A DNA stretch of 63,432 bases, filler included, from Octopus bimaculoides (taxonomy: Eukaryota): assembly GCF_001194135.2 (NCBI RefSeq). It is 6 parts of 6 records of this genome, joined end to end, with 100 filler letters (N's around TTAATTAATTAA, not from the genome) between each part and the next. Parts side by side here need not be neighbours in the genome. Positions count along the whole stretch, not along the records: positions 1 to 24,895 come from NC_068983.1; positions 24,996 to 30,993 come from NC_068990.1; 4 more parts are not named here. One strand, written 5' to 3'. A program made the translations under genes and the position numbers. Shown here piece after piece: positions 11,650 through 25,106 of the stretch. The notes beneath the pieces are model-generated. The model searched no databases and was not told the DNA's origin. It saw nothing but the letters and a program-made list of their open reading frames with translations. Each line of letters starts with the position of its first letter. Within the stretch, counting starts at the first letter, position 1.

Positions 11650-14600
11650 TGCAGAAATGTCTTTAGTGTTTTCTCAAAAAGAAAACTTCAATAAATTGTT
11701 TATTTATCTTTGATAGCTAAAAGAAAGATAACAATAATTATCCAATAGTCCAGATTAAGGTTAACAATAGTTTTATTGAGTCGATGGAGACAAACATATT
11801 TTAGAAAACTGAATGGAATTTGAGGATGTGTCATTTTTATTAACTCTGTGAAGCATGTGTTATGGTGAGTATGTGACGCTGAAGCTTATCCATCAAGAGA
11901 TGAATCCTCGTTGCTGGAAAATACTTTCATGTGGTATAGATTACATATTCTACGTCACGATTTTCCGCTGATACACAGTTTAGGTTCTCTGTTTAAAACC
12001 AGAGTATTCTTTCAGAATGTCGCAGAAATTTTTATGATTTAATGTAGCAATTAAAATGTTCATTTCCTTATACGAATACCCAAATACTACACCACACAAG
12101 CTTTTAAAATCACCATGTTTTCTGACATGAAACTTGAAATTTTTATTTCATGAACGAACTAAAGAGAGTGTTCCAGAAAATCGCTAAATGGTACATGATA
12201 CCGGAAAGATACATATTAAAACCATATTTGAAAATATCTACGAAAAGTATATAAGAAATGAGACATAATGACAGAGATATGTATTAAAAAAACTCTATTC
12301 AATGTAGAGTAATCTGTGAATGCACATGGAAAAATATGCTGACGTTATGAAAAGTGTTTTTTTTTTATCTAAGAAATACAAATTAAAGTAAAGAATTAAG
12401 CAGTGAATGATAGTTGCATACATTGTAAATGTCAAAGTAAGAAATATTGCTGAATATATAACTGAAAATGGTAGAAGTTAGATAATCTAACCCATTATTA
12501 GAAATACGGAAAAAAAAACATACTGCATACTAGTGTCGCAAATAGAGGCTAGCTATAATAGTAACTTGACGAAAACATTGATGACACACAAGTTGAGCGA
12601 CATAGTGTCTTTTTAAATTAAGAAGAGTACGAAAGTAGTGACATAAGTGATGAAATAATGGAAAAAACTATGGAGAGAATTACCATGAAAGTAATTATAA
12701 TATTAATTTTGAGAAGCATGATGGCACCTATAAATATGAACATATATATATACGAATGATGCACATACACACGCATACACGTGCACGCACATACGCGTAT
12801 GTGAAATGATTTCAAACATGATCAGCATCGCTGGATTCGTTTTGTTTTTAATTAAAAAAACAAAATCATGCACGGGAGGTATATGAAAAGTCTTGAACCT
12901 CAAATAAATAAAATATGGTACAAGAAATGTAATGAAGGTGCAAGAAAGACTTCAAGGTTCAAAGACCTTGGAGGATCAAACCTTTTAATAAGTCCATCGT
13001 ATATTTTTAAAACAAATTTCCTGACTCTTTATCTAAGTATTTTACTTCAATATTTTTATGAGATTTCTTTTTTCTATATCTGTTCCTATATAATGCAGTG
13101 TGTTTTAATCTACACTTGCGTATATCCGGGCGTGGCTTTGGTCTCTTTATACCCGAGTGTGTAACTAAAAATATCAATATTGGAACAAAACGCATGTTCA
13201 TTAATTATGTCTACAAGCACACATCTTTGAATTTACACGTATAAGACAAATATATTGAAATGATAACAAGTAACCCATCATATATTTGAATTGAAACAGA
13301 TTAAGAGAGTAAGATTGATTGGTTACTAATGATTTAAAGAGAACAATCGAATCGAATCTGCAATTTCGAAAATAAAACTTAGTGTCGTAGCATAAATTTG
13401 GTACGCACTAATTTTAAATTAGTTAATGAATATTCTGCTTTTAAGAAGACTATAAAGTTTACGTATACGTTGCTGTTTACATTTTATTGCAGCTCCTTGT
13501 TTTGTATTATTTTTATTATTACATCCCTAAATCAACAACATTTTAATTAAAAAAGTGTCCTTAAGTTTCATTAGAGTAAAAATCTTAACTTACGGCAATA
13601 TTTGATGTCTAATACTAAGGCTGTGCGTCTCTTAAACAAGCCATCAACATAAAAGGGCAGGTGAAAATAAACATATGCTCATAGACAAAACTAGATATTT
13701 GAATATATATTTTCAGTTCCATAAATCCCTAATAAACGCACACTGTGATAACAATTTGATACACATTATAAGTATTTCTTCGTATCTGGATGCCACTTTA
13801 TGCGTTGAGAATATAAGTAAAAAGCAAACTAACACTTCTTAGCCTTCTCTTCTTTATGAATTAAGCTGTTGAGGCCAAATATTTGAAAACAATTCATTGT
13901 GCTTTGTAGATTTAACTTTTTGTAATGTTGCGACAATTAACTAGGCAGTTTAATCCTCATCTAACTGCTATAAAACCATACAAGTATCCCTATAACAGAA
14001 GAGCGATATGTCATATAGTAACTGTTATACCTGATGCGTTTTGTTTCTTTTGCATTCGTCCAATTTAAATTAATATTTGAAAAGAAAAATAGTGTAGGAG
14101 GAATTAAACTCCTTAAATGTTTTTATTTTCAAAATATTTCATTAACATTAGATGCTTTACATTTTTAACTAAATCACTTTATATTTAGTCGTTATTTAAC
14201 GCTAAGCATTCGTACACTGATGATGAACCGCTTTGACATCAAAGTTGTATGAAATAGGATTTTATCGCCGATATCATAAACAATGTAAAATATAATGGGA
14301 TATTAATTTCATTAAATCAATAATTGCACTTCATAGCAACTGAATTGCACTCATTCACACATTTGGCGAATATCCAATTTCATTATTCAATACATGCACA
14401 TATACCTGTTAAATTAATTATCATTACTCTCATCATTATAGTTTTCCAGATGTCAGGCATTAAAATTTGCGGGCATGTCCACCGTTTTCATCCACATTTT
14501 CTTAATCATTTTTAGGATAACTATCGCTAGGTCCGCTAACATCTTCACAGGTACCATCAAATCAACCATCCTCATTTGAAAATATATTCAGTTTACTCAC

Positions 14601-17600
14601 TAAGAATTAGATTACTCCATGCAATCAAAATTCTAGTCACGCGCTTTTAGAGTAAGCCCATGATTTTAAGTAATTCCTCATTAGCAGTCAAATTTGGTAT
14701 GTCTGAAATATGGAAATCAGAACTTCATTAAGTAAAATTGGAAAATTGTTAGCGAGAATTTTTCAGATTAATTATAATCATACGATAATAGTTATATTGT
14801 ATTTTATTCTCTCCACGTATTTTTCATACCATTCTAACATACCAAGTTTAGTCCGAAGTTTCACTTTCATTTAATATGTTTCCCAACGTATATTATAGCC
14901 TTCAATTCATTTTTTTTACTTCTTTATCATCTTTCACTATTTAAACTTTTATCAACCAAATAATTAAATATTTGTTTACCAGGTTTTAATCGTTTGCACA
15001 TTCATCTTTTACCCATTTTTAATATTTTACATATCCATTAATTTTCAAAATTCACGTTTTAATGTTTACCAGCTATTGGCTGCGTTCCGCAATATTCTCG
15101 CAATATCTAGTTAAGCCATTCTATAATAATTTTACTATAAAAAAAAATCACTACATTTATTTACCAAAACATGGCCTGTTCCGTAAAACCTATTTCAGTA
15201 TTCTTGTCTCACGTTCCGAAAAATTTAAGCAGCAATACTCTACCATCCAACATGTATCTACATTTCATTAACATCAGAGGTAATTGAACTTTCCAGGCTC
15301 AATTGACTTTAATTTTCAGGAACACAAATTTTTCATTTGGTTTTAAAATATGCCCGCAAAATTTACCTCAAACAAATTTCACTTAATAATCACGTAGTAC
15401 ATTTAAATGTATATATTTGTGGGTGTATATGTATATATATAAATATATATATACATATATCTATATATATATATATATGTGTGTGTGTGTACGCATATAT
15501 ATATATATATATATATANNNNNNNNNNNNNNNNNNNNNNNNNNNNNNNNNNNNNNNNNNNNNNNNNNNNNNNNNNNNNNNNNNNNNNNNNNNNNNNNNNN
15601 NNNNNNNNNNNNNNNNNNNNNNNNNNNNNNNNNNNNNNNNNNNNNNNNNNNNNNNNNNNNNNNNNNNNNNNNNNNNNNNNNNNNNNNNNNNNNNNNNNNN
15701 NNNNNNNNNNNNNNNNNNNNNNNNNNNNNNNNNNNNNNNNNNNNNNNNNNNNNNNNNNNNNNNNNNNNNNNNNNNNNNNNNNNNNNNNNNNNNNNNNNNN
15801 NNNNNNNNNNNNNNNNNNNNNNNNNNNNNNNNNNNNNNNNNNNNNNNNNNNNNNNNNNNNNNNNNNNNNNNNNNNNNNNNNNNNNNNNNNNNNNNNNNNN
15901 NNNNNNNNNNNNNNNNNNNNNNNNNNNNNNNNNNNNNNNNNNNNNNNNNNNNNNNNNNNNNNNNNNNNNNNNNNNNNNNNNNNNNNNNNNNNNNNNNNNN
16001 NNNNNNNNNNNNNNNNNNNNNNNNNNNNNNNNNNNNNNNNNNNNNNNNNNNNNNNNNNNNNNNNNNNNNNNNNNNNNNNNNNNNNNNNNNNNNNNNNNNN
16101 NNNNNNNNNNNNNNNNNNNNNNNNNNNNNNNNNNNNNNNNNNNNNNNNNNNNNNNNNNNNNNNNNNNNNNNNNNNNNNNNNNNNNNNNNNNNNNNNNNNN
16201 NNNNNNNNNNNNNNNNNNNNNNNNNNNNNNNNNNNNNNNNNNNNNNNNNNNNNNNNNNNNNNNNNNNNNNNGTTTACAGTAATTAACTATTCTTTATCAA
16301 GTGCATTCAGACTCACCCTAGTTGAAATTTGCGTTGCATCGATACTAAATCAATAAATTAAGTACCGATTCTTTATTATTTTAAACTGCCATGTAAAAGA
16401 ACAAACGACGTTTACGAGAATTATATATTTTTTCCTTTAATCAAACTGCAATACTTAAATTTATTGTATATAGTAGAAAAGACAAAGATTAAAGCAAAAA
16501 TGTCTTTGTAACGATAAATATTATGCATTGAAATTCGTGAACTCGGATGAGTCTGTATACCATTAATCGAAGAAGAAACTGGCTTATCAGGCCAGGCTTC
16601 TTGTTTAGAATGGAAATAATTCAATGTAATGCATTTTATGTATTAAAAAAATGAGATTCGTTAGTATATTAACTAGAAGTACTAAGAACTTTACGCATAT
16701 TATTTCGATGGTGTTATTGATATAATATATTATCGCAGGATGATTGTTTTGCCATGCACTTACAATTTTAGTACACTGAAATATACTTAGGTACTAGTAA
16801 CTATGCATAAAGTAGCAATTTTTCAACTCTTAGCTGCGCATACACCCACACATAAACGCACAAAAACACACACACAAGCATGCACACACGCATTCATATA
16901 CTTGCTTGAACAAACAAACTACCATATAAATTGAATTATAGTGAACTATGCCGAACATTTTACAACAAAGTATAACCTCACTGTAATTCTGCGAACGAGT
17001 CAATACAGTTTAGTTTAGGAGGTGTGACTCTTTCACTTACAAGTACAATTCATCCGGACGGGGTTTCAGAAAAATTTCACTCTATACAATTACCTCAAAT
17101 GGCTTATGTAGACCTGAGGCAATTGTAATCCCCATCGCCATTTGTTACTGAACAGGAACTGATTTGAGATCTTGTCGACCGCGTGAAGAATTCTAAGATA
17201 AATGGGGTACGCCTTCTTGTACACGTACACACACACACACATGTTCGCACGCAAACACACACACATGCGCGTATACACATGCACAAACGTGGTTATCACT
17301 GGACAGAATAATGCTGAAACACTCTGATAGACACATCATGCAATCTAGAACATTTTTTCCTATGCAAGTTCTAAACAAAACTGTCTGAAAAACGGGAACG
17401 TGAATCTGTGCGTAACAGTTTTCTGATATTTTGCTGCTTTGTAGTAAAGCATACTAATCTACCTCCGGTATTCGGGTACTATTTTTCCACCTTGTTTCGC
17501 ATTTATGTGCCTANNNNNNNNNNNNNNNNNNNNNNNNNNNNNNNNNNNNNNNNNNNNNNNNNNNNNNNNNNNNNNNNNNNNNNNNNNNNNNNNNNNNNNN

Positions 17601-18656
17601 NNNNNNNNNNNNNNNNNNNNNNNNNNNNNNNNNNNNNNNNNNNNNNNNNNNNNNNNNNNNNNNNNNNNNNNNNNNNNNNNNNNNNNNNNNNNNNNNNNNN
17701 NNNNNNNNNNNNNNNNNNNNNNNNNNNNNNNNNNNNNNNNNNNNNNNNNNNNNNNNNNNNNNNNNNNNNNNNNNNNNNNNNNNNNNNNNNNNNNNNNNNN
17801 NNNNNNNNNNNNNNNNNNNNNNNNNNNNNNNNNNNNNNNNNNNNNNNNNNNNNNNNNNNNNNNNNNNNNNNNNNNNNNNNNNNNNNTATATATATATGCT
17901 TGAAATCTAATACCTTTATAAAGTCATTGCTACACACACGCACATAATGTATACCTATTGATTTACTGACGGACCAATAAAATTATAGCTATATATGCAA
18001 ACAAGATGAAAACCAGCATATTATATTTACTCACACAGAAAACATTTTTAATATAACGTGTGCCATGTTAATATATCATATGCAGTTTAGGTAAGTTTTG
18101 AAAATGCCATAGATCGGTTATTACCAATGTTGATTAAATATCACTTAAAAGAGAAAACTGGCTGCGTAGGATTAAGGGATTCAGCGTGTTTGCTTCTCGA
18201 TATTCAATTTGAAAGTAATCTTTTCTCTATGGATATTATATTTATATCATTCGACATCTCTCATGTTGTCTAGTTGTACATACTTTTGATGGGGTTCGAT
18301 AAGACTCAGTCGAATGTAAAATTTTTGTCGCTCTCATATAGATCTTTCGGTTTATCAGAATGCCTGTAAACTGTATTTAAGTTCCTTATCACACGAATTT
18401 TTCTCTTTATGTCCGACACAATTTATCTTTCCAAGACTTAAATCTAATTTCTCTTATCAGATCAAATAGATCATTCTGTAAAACATTGTACGTATCTGGC
18501 GGATTTTATTCGATGGGGATAAACGATGTGGCACACGCACAACCACAAACATGCGCATATAAAGACTCACACACCTATTTATGTATTTATATACAGTCAC
18601 TCTCACACAAATATGTATAAATATATGATCATATGTGTATATATGTATATACATAA

Positions 18657-19040
18657 GCGCAGGCGTAGCTATGTACTAAGTAGCTTGCTTCTCAACCACA
18701 TGGTTTCGTCTTCATATCCACTGTGTGGAACCTTGGGCAAATATCTTCTAATATAGTTTGAGGTTGATCAAAGCCTTCTAAGTGGATTTGGTAGACGGAA
18801 ACTAAAAGAGGTCTGTCGTATGTATATATATGTATATGTGTGTGTGTGCGTGTGTTTCCCCCACCACCGCTTGACAAACGATACTGGTGTGTTTACGTCC
18901 CGGAAGTTAGTGGTTCAGCAAAAAAGACCTATGGGATATGTACTAGACTTAATGAAAGCCAGTCCTGGGTTATTTTTTTAATACTAGAACTCCTTGAAGG
19001 CGCTACCACAACATGGCCGCAGTCAACCGAAAGAAAATAA
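18657..19040 (+). mobile_element. tRNA-headed CORE-like SINE with internal (TA/TG)n
   Basis: A/B-box-like head, GGAACCTTGGGCAAATATCTT CORE-like block, GGATTTGGTAGACGGAAACT and CATGGCCGCAGTCAA tail. Confidence 0.8.
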
Positions 19041-19054
19041 AGTGAACGATATAA

Positions 19055-19385
19055 AATGTCAGATATGTTTCGACCAAAGATTGGTCCAGGCAATGTCTAA
19101 CTTAATAGCATCACCTGATAGGATTATCTAAATCCTTTCAAGTCAAGTTTTGTGGTATAATGATCCATTCAAGTAGTGAGTTCTTATTGAGTGAGTTATA
19201 TCCAGGTATAGGTGGGTTATCTGATATTCGTTGAACAAAATTTTCCAGACATCGTTTAAAGGTGATGAGATCCTTTTCCTCTTGGTCAGTTTTGGAACAA
19301 TGTTAAACAGAGCAGGGCTCTTTTGAAGAAAAGAAATTGTGTCACAGTGTACCTATCTATTGTGATCTTGAATTGCGCGAAACAT
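19055..19385 (-). mobile_element. CR1/L2-group LINE 3' fragment
   Basis: Minus-strand translation with frameshift: ..PALFNIVPK..EEKDLITFKRCLENFVQRISDNPPIPGYNSLNKNSLLEW, matching the FK..LD.FL..IPD.P..PGY....NSL C-terminus of CR1-group ORF2. Confidence 0.75.
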
Positions 19386-20419
19386 TTAAGGCAAGAATGA
19401 CAAAATTTTATAGAATATACTAACATGTTCCGCTGTAAATATATTCAATTGTTCTGTCATCAGTTACTAAAGAATACAAAATTAGCGTAATTTTGCTTTA
19501 ATTTAACCCATTGCATTTTATTGAGATTCACCTGACGATTTTGGTACATCTTCAATATCGCACTGGCCTGAATAGTAACTTACGTTCGTCGTTCTATGTA
19601 GTGTACATATTGCGTAATTATATATTATGTTATTTTCATATTGTTACATGTTTTATATCAGTGAAGAAGTTGTTTAAGGAGAGATATTCATCCAAAGTAA
19701 GTCCACGGATGTATTTGATGCTATATAGCACAGCTTCCTTGTTATTTTATCGCATATTTCGTCTTAGCTTAAATGGTTAATTCATTTCCTCCCTATAGAA
19801 ACTCTTTATTTAAATATCGTCATGTAAATGCTCTGGGTGTATTGTTACCTCGTTAATCTCTAAAGAGCCTTCAAAATATTTATAATACGCTTATTATTAC
19901 GAAATTACATTAGTTATACTGAATTTTAAAAATACTCCAGTACGTCATAGAATCAAACTATTGAAATAAGAAAATAACGTACGACACAAGAAACATTGTA
20001 GACATTTTTATTTTCACATTATACGTACATCAATTGTATTTGTATGCAGTAAATATTGGGTAGTGATATTAATGTCATTAGAATTCATACGAAGTGAGGT
20101 TCTATAAAATGCACGTGTTTGTGTAATACATTGTATATAATCTCAGCAGGTGTTTATAAGCTAATGCGCAGAAATGAATAATTTCAATTTCTGAAAATCA
20201 TGCATTCCTATAATTAACTTATTCAGTAATTTCCCTTCGGATTATGGTTTTGAAATATTACTTCCAGTTTTCTACTTTTGCCGTTCTCCTTGCGATAAAT
20301 ATTAACTAATGACATATGTTTCAGATAAGTATCTGCAGCAGGCCCTCAGGAATACACGTATATATGTATATATATATATGTGTGTGTGTGTATCTATAAA
20401 TATGTGTGTATGTATTATG

Positions 20420-20460
<41 letters not shown>

Positions 20461-20628
20461 AAGTATGTATGTATATATAGGTATATATTCATGCAAATAT
20501 ATATGAATATATATGTGTAAATATATTTAAATGTATACGATAGATAAATAGATAGATGGATATAGATAGATAAATATAGATAGGTATAGATATAGACAGA
20601 TAGATAGAGTAAGAAGGAGGAAGAGAGA

Positions 20629-20669
<41 letters not shown>

Positions 20670-21599
20670 GAGGGAGGAGGAAAGTGTAGGAGTGTAAAGT
20701 AGTGAGGTAGCTATATAAATTTCTGTTTAAGTCTCTATTGTAAAAAGGAATACACATGGATTACTACATACTGGTTATTGGCAACATGATTTAATTTTAT
20801 ATCATGNNNNNNNNNNNNNNNNNNNNNNNNNNNNNNNNNNNNNNNNNNNNNNNNNNNNNNNNNNNNNNNNNNNNNNNNNNNNNNNNNNNNNNNNNNNNNN
20901 NNNNNNNNNNNNNNNNNNNNNNNNNNNNNNNNNNNNNNNNNNNNNNNNNNNNNNNNNNNNNNNNNNNNNNNNNNNNNNNNNNNNNNNNNNNNNNNNNNNN
21001 NNNNNNNNNNNNNNNNNNNNNNNNNNNNNNNNNNNNNNNNNNNNNNNNNNNNNNNNNNNNNNNNNNNNNNNNNNNNNNNNNNNNNNNNNNNNNNNNNNNN
21101 NNNNNNNNNNNNNNNNNNNNNNNNNNNNNNNNNNNNNNNNNNNNNNNNNNNNNNNNNNNNNNNNNNNNNNNNNNNNNNNNNNNNNNNNNNNNNNNNNNNN
21201 NNNNNNNNNNNNNNNNNNNNNNNNNNNNNNNNNNNNNNNNNNNNNNNNNNNNNNNNNNNNNNNNNNNNNNNNNNNNNNNNNNNNNNNNNNNNNNNNNNNN
21301 NNNNNNNNNNNNNNNNNNNNNNNNNNNNNNNNNNNNNNNNNNNNNNNNNNNNNNNNNNNNNNNNNNNNNNNNNNNNNNNNNNNNNNNNNNNNNNNNNNNN
21401 NNNNNNNNNNNNNNNNNNNNNNNNNNNNNNNNNNNNNNNNNNNNNNNAATTATATTTCTATATGTGTGTGTTTGTGAATGTGAATGTGCGTGCGTGTGTG
21501 TGTGTGTGTGTATGTGCGTGTCAGCGTGTGTATAAAGTGTTATTTAAAAGGAAACATATTTAAAACTTAATTTAGAAACATGCTGATTTCACAAACAAA

Positions 21600-21827
21600 A
21601 TCATTACTTCGACGCGAAGAGAAATGAAAACAGTAAATCATGATATTACGGATATTCGCATTATTCGAGATATTCATGCCGAGAGAAGTGGGGTAATGTA
21701 AGTATAAAACTCAAGGGCAAACAAATTGCAACAGAAGTAGAAATGGAGCCTAAATCGCCGTTTTTCCCTTGATGGAAGCCGAACAAATATGGCGTCCATA
21801 GATGAAAAGAATTCAACGCGATATTAG
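21600..21827 (+). promoter_or_regulatory. Candidate promoter and first exon of an unknown plus-strand gene
   Basis: Local CpG enrichment in AT-rich DNA; YY1-type AAATATGGCG motif (21785-21794); donor TAG|GTGGGT at 21827/21828. ATG 21789 gives the short MASIDEKNSTRY*; ATG 21802 gives MKRIQRDI(R) open to the donor. Confidence 0.4.
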
Positions 21828-23714
21828 GTGGGTGAATGTGCCAGTATCTTTGTGTGTGAGAGTAACTGTTTATTTATACATATCTTTTTCCTTGATTACA
21901 TATGTGTGAGCTTTCCGTTATAATCGCCGATAGATCATTGCGAAAATATTTTATATGTGAATATTATTTTAATGCCTCTTATGTTTATTTGGGTTCAGTG
22001 AGTGACACATTTCATCATAGATATATATATATGAACGTATGTAAAATATCTTTATTGTCTTCCCCCACCTCACCCCAGCGTCGATATGGACTTTCATATC
22101 AGTACGAATGTGAATATTCGTGTTTCATAAATACACCCTAAGGTATAGCTTCACAACAACGAACGGTTTGTTAGTTTTGAAAAAAATTAAAATTTTTCAG
22201 AAGCACTTTGTATTATATAATATCAAACGCCCATCCTACATTACTGCATGTAATTTGTACGCTACCTTCGTGGATCAGGTTGCATTAACGCATTCAAAAT
22301 CAGAAACCGCTTAATATGATACTCGCAGTTCTAAGCGTAGAGAAAATCATTTCATTGTAATATGAGCATAAACCAAGAAAGTAATAACTTACGGAACTCA
22401 AAGGAAACATCATGAAAGAGAAGCGTTTTAATCACTGAGGGTGTTTTTGTTATAGAATGCATTCTAATATTCATGTAGAAAGAAATTAATGCTTTGTAAC
22501 GTTGATTCAACTATTGTTTAAATTTTGTGTCAAAATAGCCTTTCTTTATGGTCTAAAATTAAGAATGGAATGATTATTACAATGTGTGATAAAAACAAAA
22601 TGCTGAAAGCAACTTTGAATTTGCAGTGGAGAAAAAGGGAAATTATTTATATTTGCTTCTTTTCTATTGAAAACAAAAGGGTTCTTGTCCCAAAGTACAT
22701 AAAATGCATCTTGTATAGTGATGCATAAATGCTAAGTACGTTCGTACAATACTGAACTAAGACATTAATTTCTTCATGCTTTCTATAAAGAGGGCCTGAT
22801 CAAAGAGGTTCAGGTGACCTATAGCAATTATCAAGAGAAAAATAACAAAAATAGAGAAATGAAATACATAGAAAGAGAAGACAAATGACTACAAGAAGAC
22901 GAGTTAGAATGTGTCTAAGAATAATGAATATATAAAAAGGCGAATGCTGAAGCATCAAAGAAATGAAAGATCTAATGAATTGTGTAATCAGCCTTTTTCA
23001 TATTTTCTTTCATAACGTCAAATCGACGTTGGCAATATTTGTGGAGTAAAAAGGAAACAAAAATATTAAATAAAATGTGTTAATATTAGTTATTAATTCA
23101 GCATAAGTTGAATTAAGTACACACAAACGCAGACACCCCACTAACACACACACACAGACGTATATATGCATTTTTTTTGCCTGCAGATGAAATAAGATTC
23201 AAAGGTAACTACTGAAATTAGAAATATATATTCTGAAAATATTACGTGTGAATGAAATATTCTTCGAAGTGAGAAATGATAAATTTTTTGAAACAATTTC
23301 TGTGTGTGTGTGTGTGTGTATGTGTGTGTCTGTGTGTGTGTGCGCGCGCGCGCGTAGCTGTGTGTANNNNNNNNNNGGCTTATTATTCAGAGTTAGAATT
23401 ATAAAATGTGTTATGTGTGCAGGTTATGAACGCCTTGCATAATAATTATATTTTAAATATCAGATATTTTCAAAGAAAATAATGGAACGTAATTGAACAT
23501 TTTTAATAACACGAGTCACATAGTTTATATTCCAGGAAACATTTGATTATAAGGCATTCTATACATGTTAATAAGGCATTTATATAATTCAAGTCTGCAG
23601 TACGTTTCAAGTGAAATTTGACTAATATATTCATATCGATAAATGCTGATACTTCTGTATTTGTATAGAAACAATATCGACCATTTTCAACTAATCAATA
23701 TGTATTTCTGTCAG

Positions 23715-23767
23715 AACTCTGGATAAGACCCAGAATAAACATTTAACAGAACAGTTCTATCCAAGAA
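23715..23767 (+). other. Candidate internal exon (53 nt, TLDKTQNKHLTEQFYPR)
   Basis: Branch-like CTAAT at 23691, TATTTCTGTCAG acceptor, GAA|GTAAGA donor; the only open frame is the one that continues from ATG 21802. Confidence 0.4.
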
Positions 23768-24152
23768 GTAAGAAAAAGGTGTGAATAAAGAAAAGAGGTG
23801 TGGAGAGATTGTCTGCTTGGCTGGTGTGCAGAATATTCGTTTTGTGACACTTTTTATTTTAACTTCAGCGTGCAGACTTACTTTAAAGTCACTGCCATCT
23901 TTCTGTCTCACACATTTTCTTAGTCAGCAAGTTTTGACGACAATATGTGTGTGCATAAACGTGCGTGTGTTTATCTCTAATTGTATCTGTTGATGGCCTG
24001 GTATGATTGTCGTAAGTCACTATTTCACAATGAGACTATCACGTTTTCACTGAGATGTGCATAAACCACAGCACAATCAATGAATACAAGCCCCCCCCCT
24101 ATTTTTAAAACGACTTATTGTGAAATCAGAATGATTCTGCTAAAATGTGTAG

Positions 24153-24174
24153 ACATAATACACGAGATTCATCG
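24153..24174 (+). other. Candidate micro-exon (22 nt)
   Basis: Strong donor TCG|GTGAGT at 24175; weak acceptor (TGTGTAG); frame-compatible with the 23715 exon (N-IIHEIH-R). Confidence 0.2.
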
Positions 24175-24997
24175 GTGAGTTTGATGAGTAGGGCTGTTAA
24201 TGTGAAACAAAAGAGCAAAGGCTGTTGTCCCATGATTCCGAACTATATTCCTAGTTCAGTATTTATTACGTTCCAGCACTTCCTGTCAACCACGTACGTA
24301 TTAACACAATCGTTCCATTTTCTAACACAACTACTCCGGACCACGAAATGTAAACATTTATGTGCTTGAGCTCAACTCCATGAGGGTGTAGTTTCCAATC
24401 CTGGGCCAAGCGGCGCATTATTACTTTGTGTAACACGCTTCATATCACTTTGTTCCTGTTAATTCATCTGGAAATTTGTACCAGGAAAGAACAGGTTCAT
24501 CGTTATAAGGGCTTATTTAGGCAAAGGAAATGGGGCTGTATGTATGCGACGCAATAGTAGATCCAAATCAGATATATTCACTTGCAAATGCTGTCACACA
24601 CAGAACAATAGATATATTTTACTTGTTTCAGTAATTACAGTTCGGACATGGTGGGGAAACGCCCCGAACAATTTTTGGACGAACGAATCGACTCCAATTC
24701 TATTTTGTTTTAAGTCTTGGATATATTCAATCAGTCTTAATTGCCGACACGCGAGGTTACAGGGAAATTAACGCAACTACACCGGTTGTTAAGCAGCGGT
24801 AGAGTGACAAATGTGGACAGAAAGACACTCACACACACAAACACACACACACATGCACACACTTAAACTTCAACACATGGAACTGTCAGAGATCGNNNNN
24901 NNNNNNNNNNNNNNNNNNNNNNNNNNNNNNNNNNNNNNNTTAATTAATTAANNNNNNNNNNNNNNNNNNNNNNNNNNNNNNNNNNNNNNNNNNNNGT

Positions 24998-25028
<31 letters not shown>

Positions 25029-25106
25029 ATGTACATATATGTATATATATATGTGTATACACAATGCATTTATATATAATGTATAGATATATGTATATAG
25101 ATATAT

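Noticed and set aside
24940-24951. TTAATTAATTAA islands inside N-runs (also 31038, 36402, 40162, 58358)
   Set aside because: Each is centred in a 100-bp block (44 N + 12 + 44 N) and gives stops in all six frames: an artificial gap spacer.
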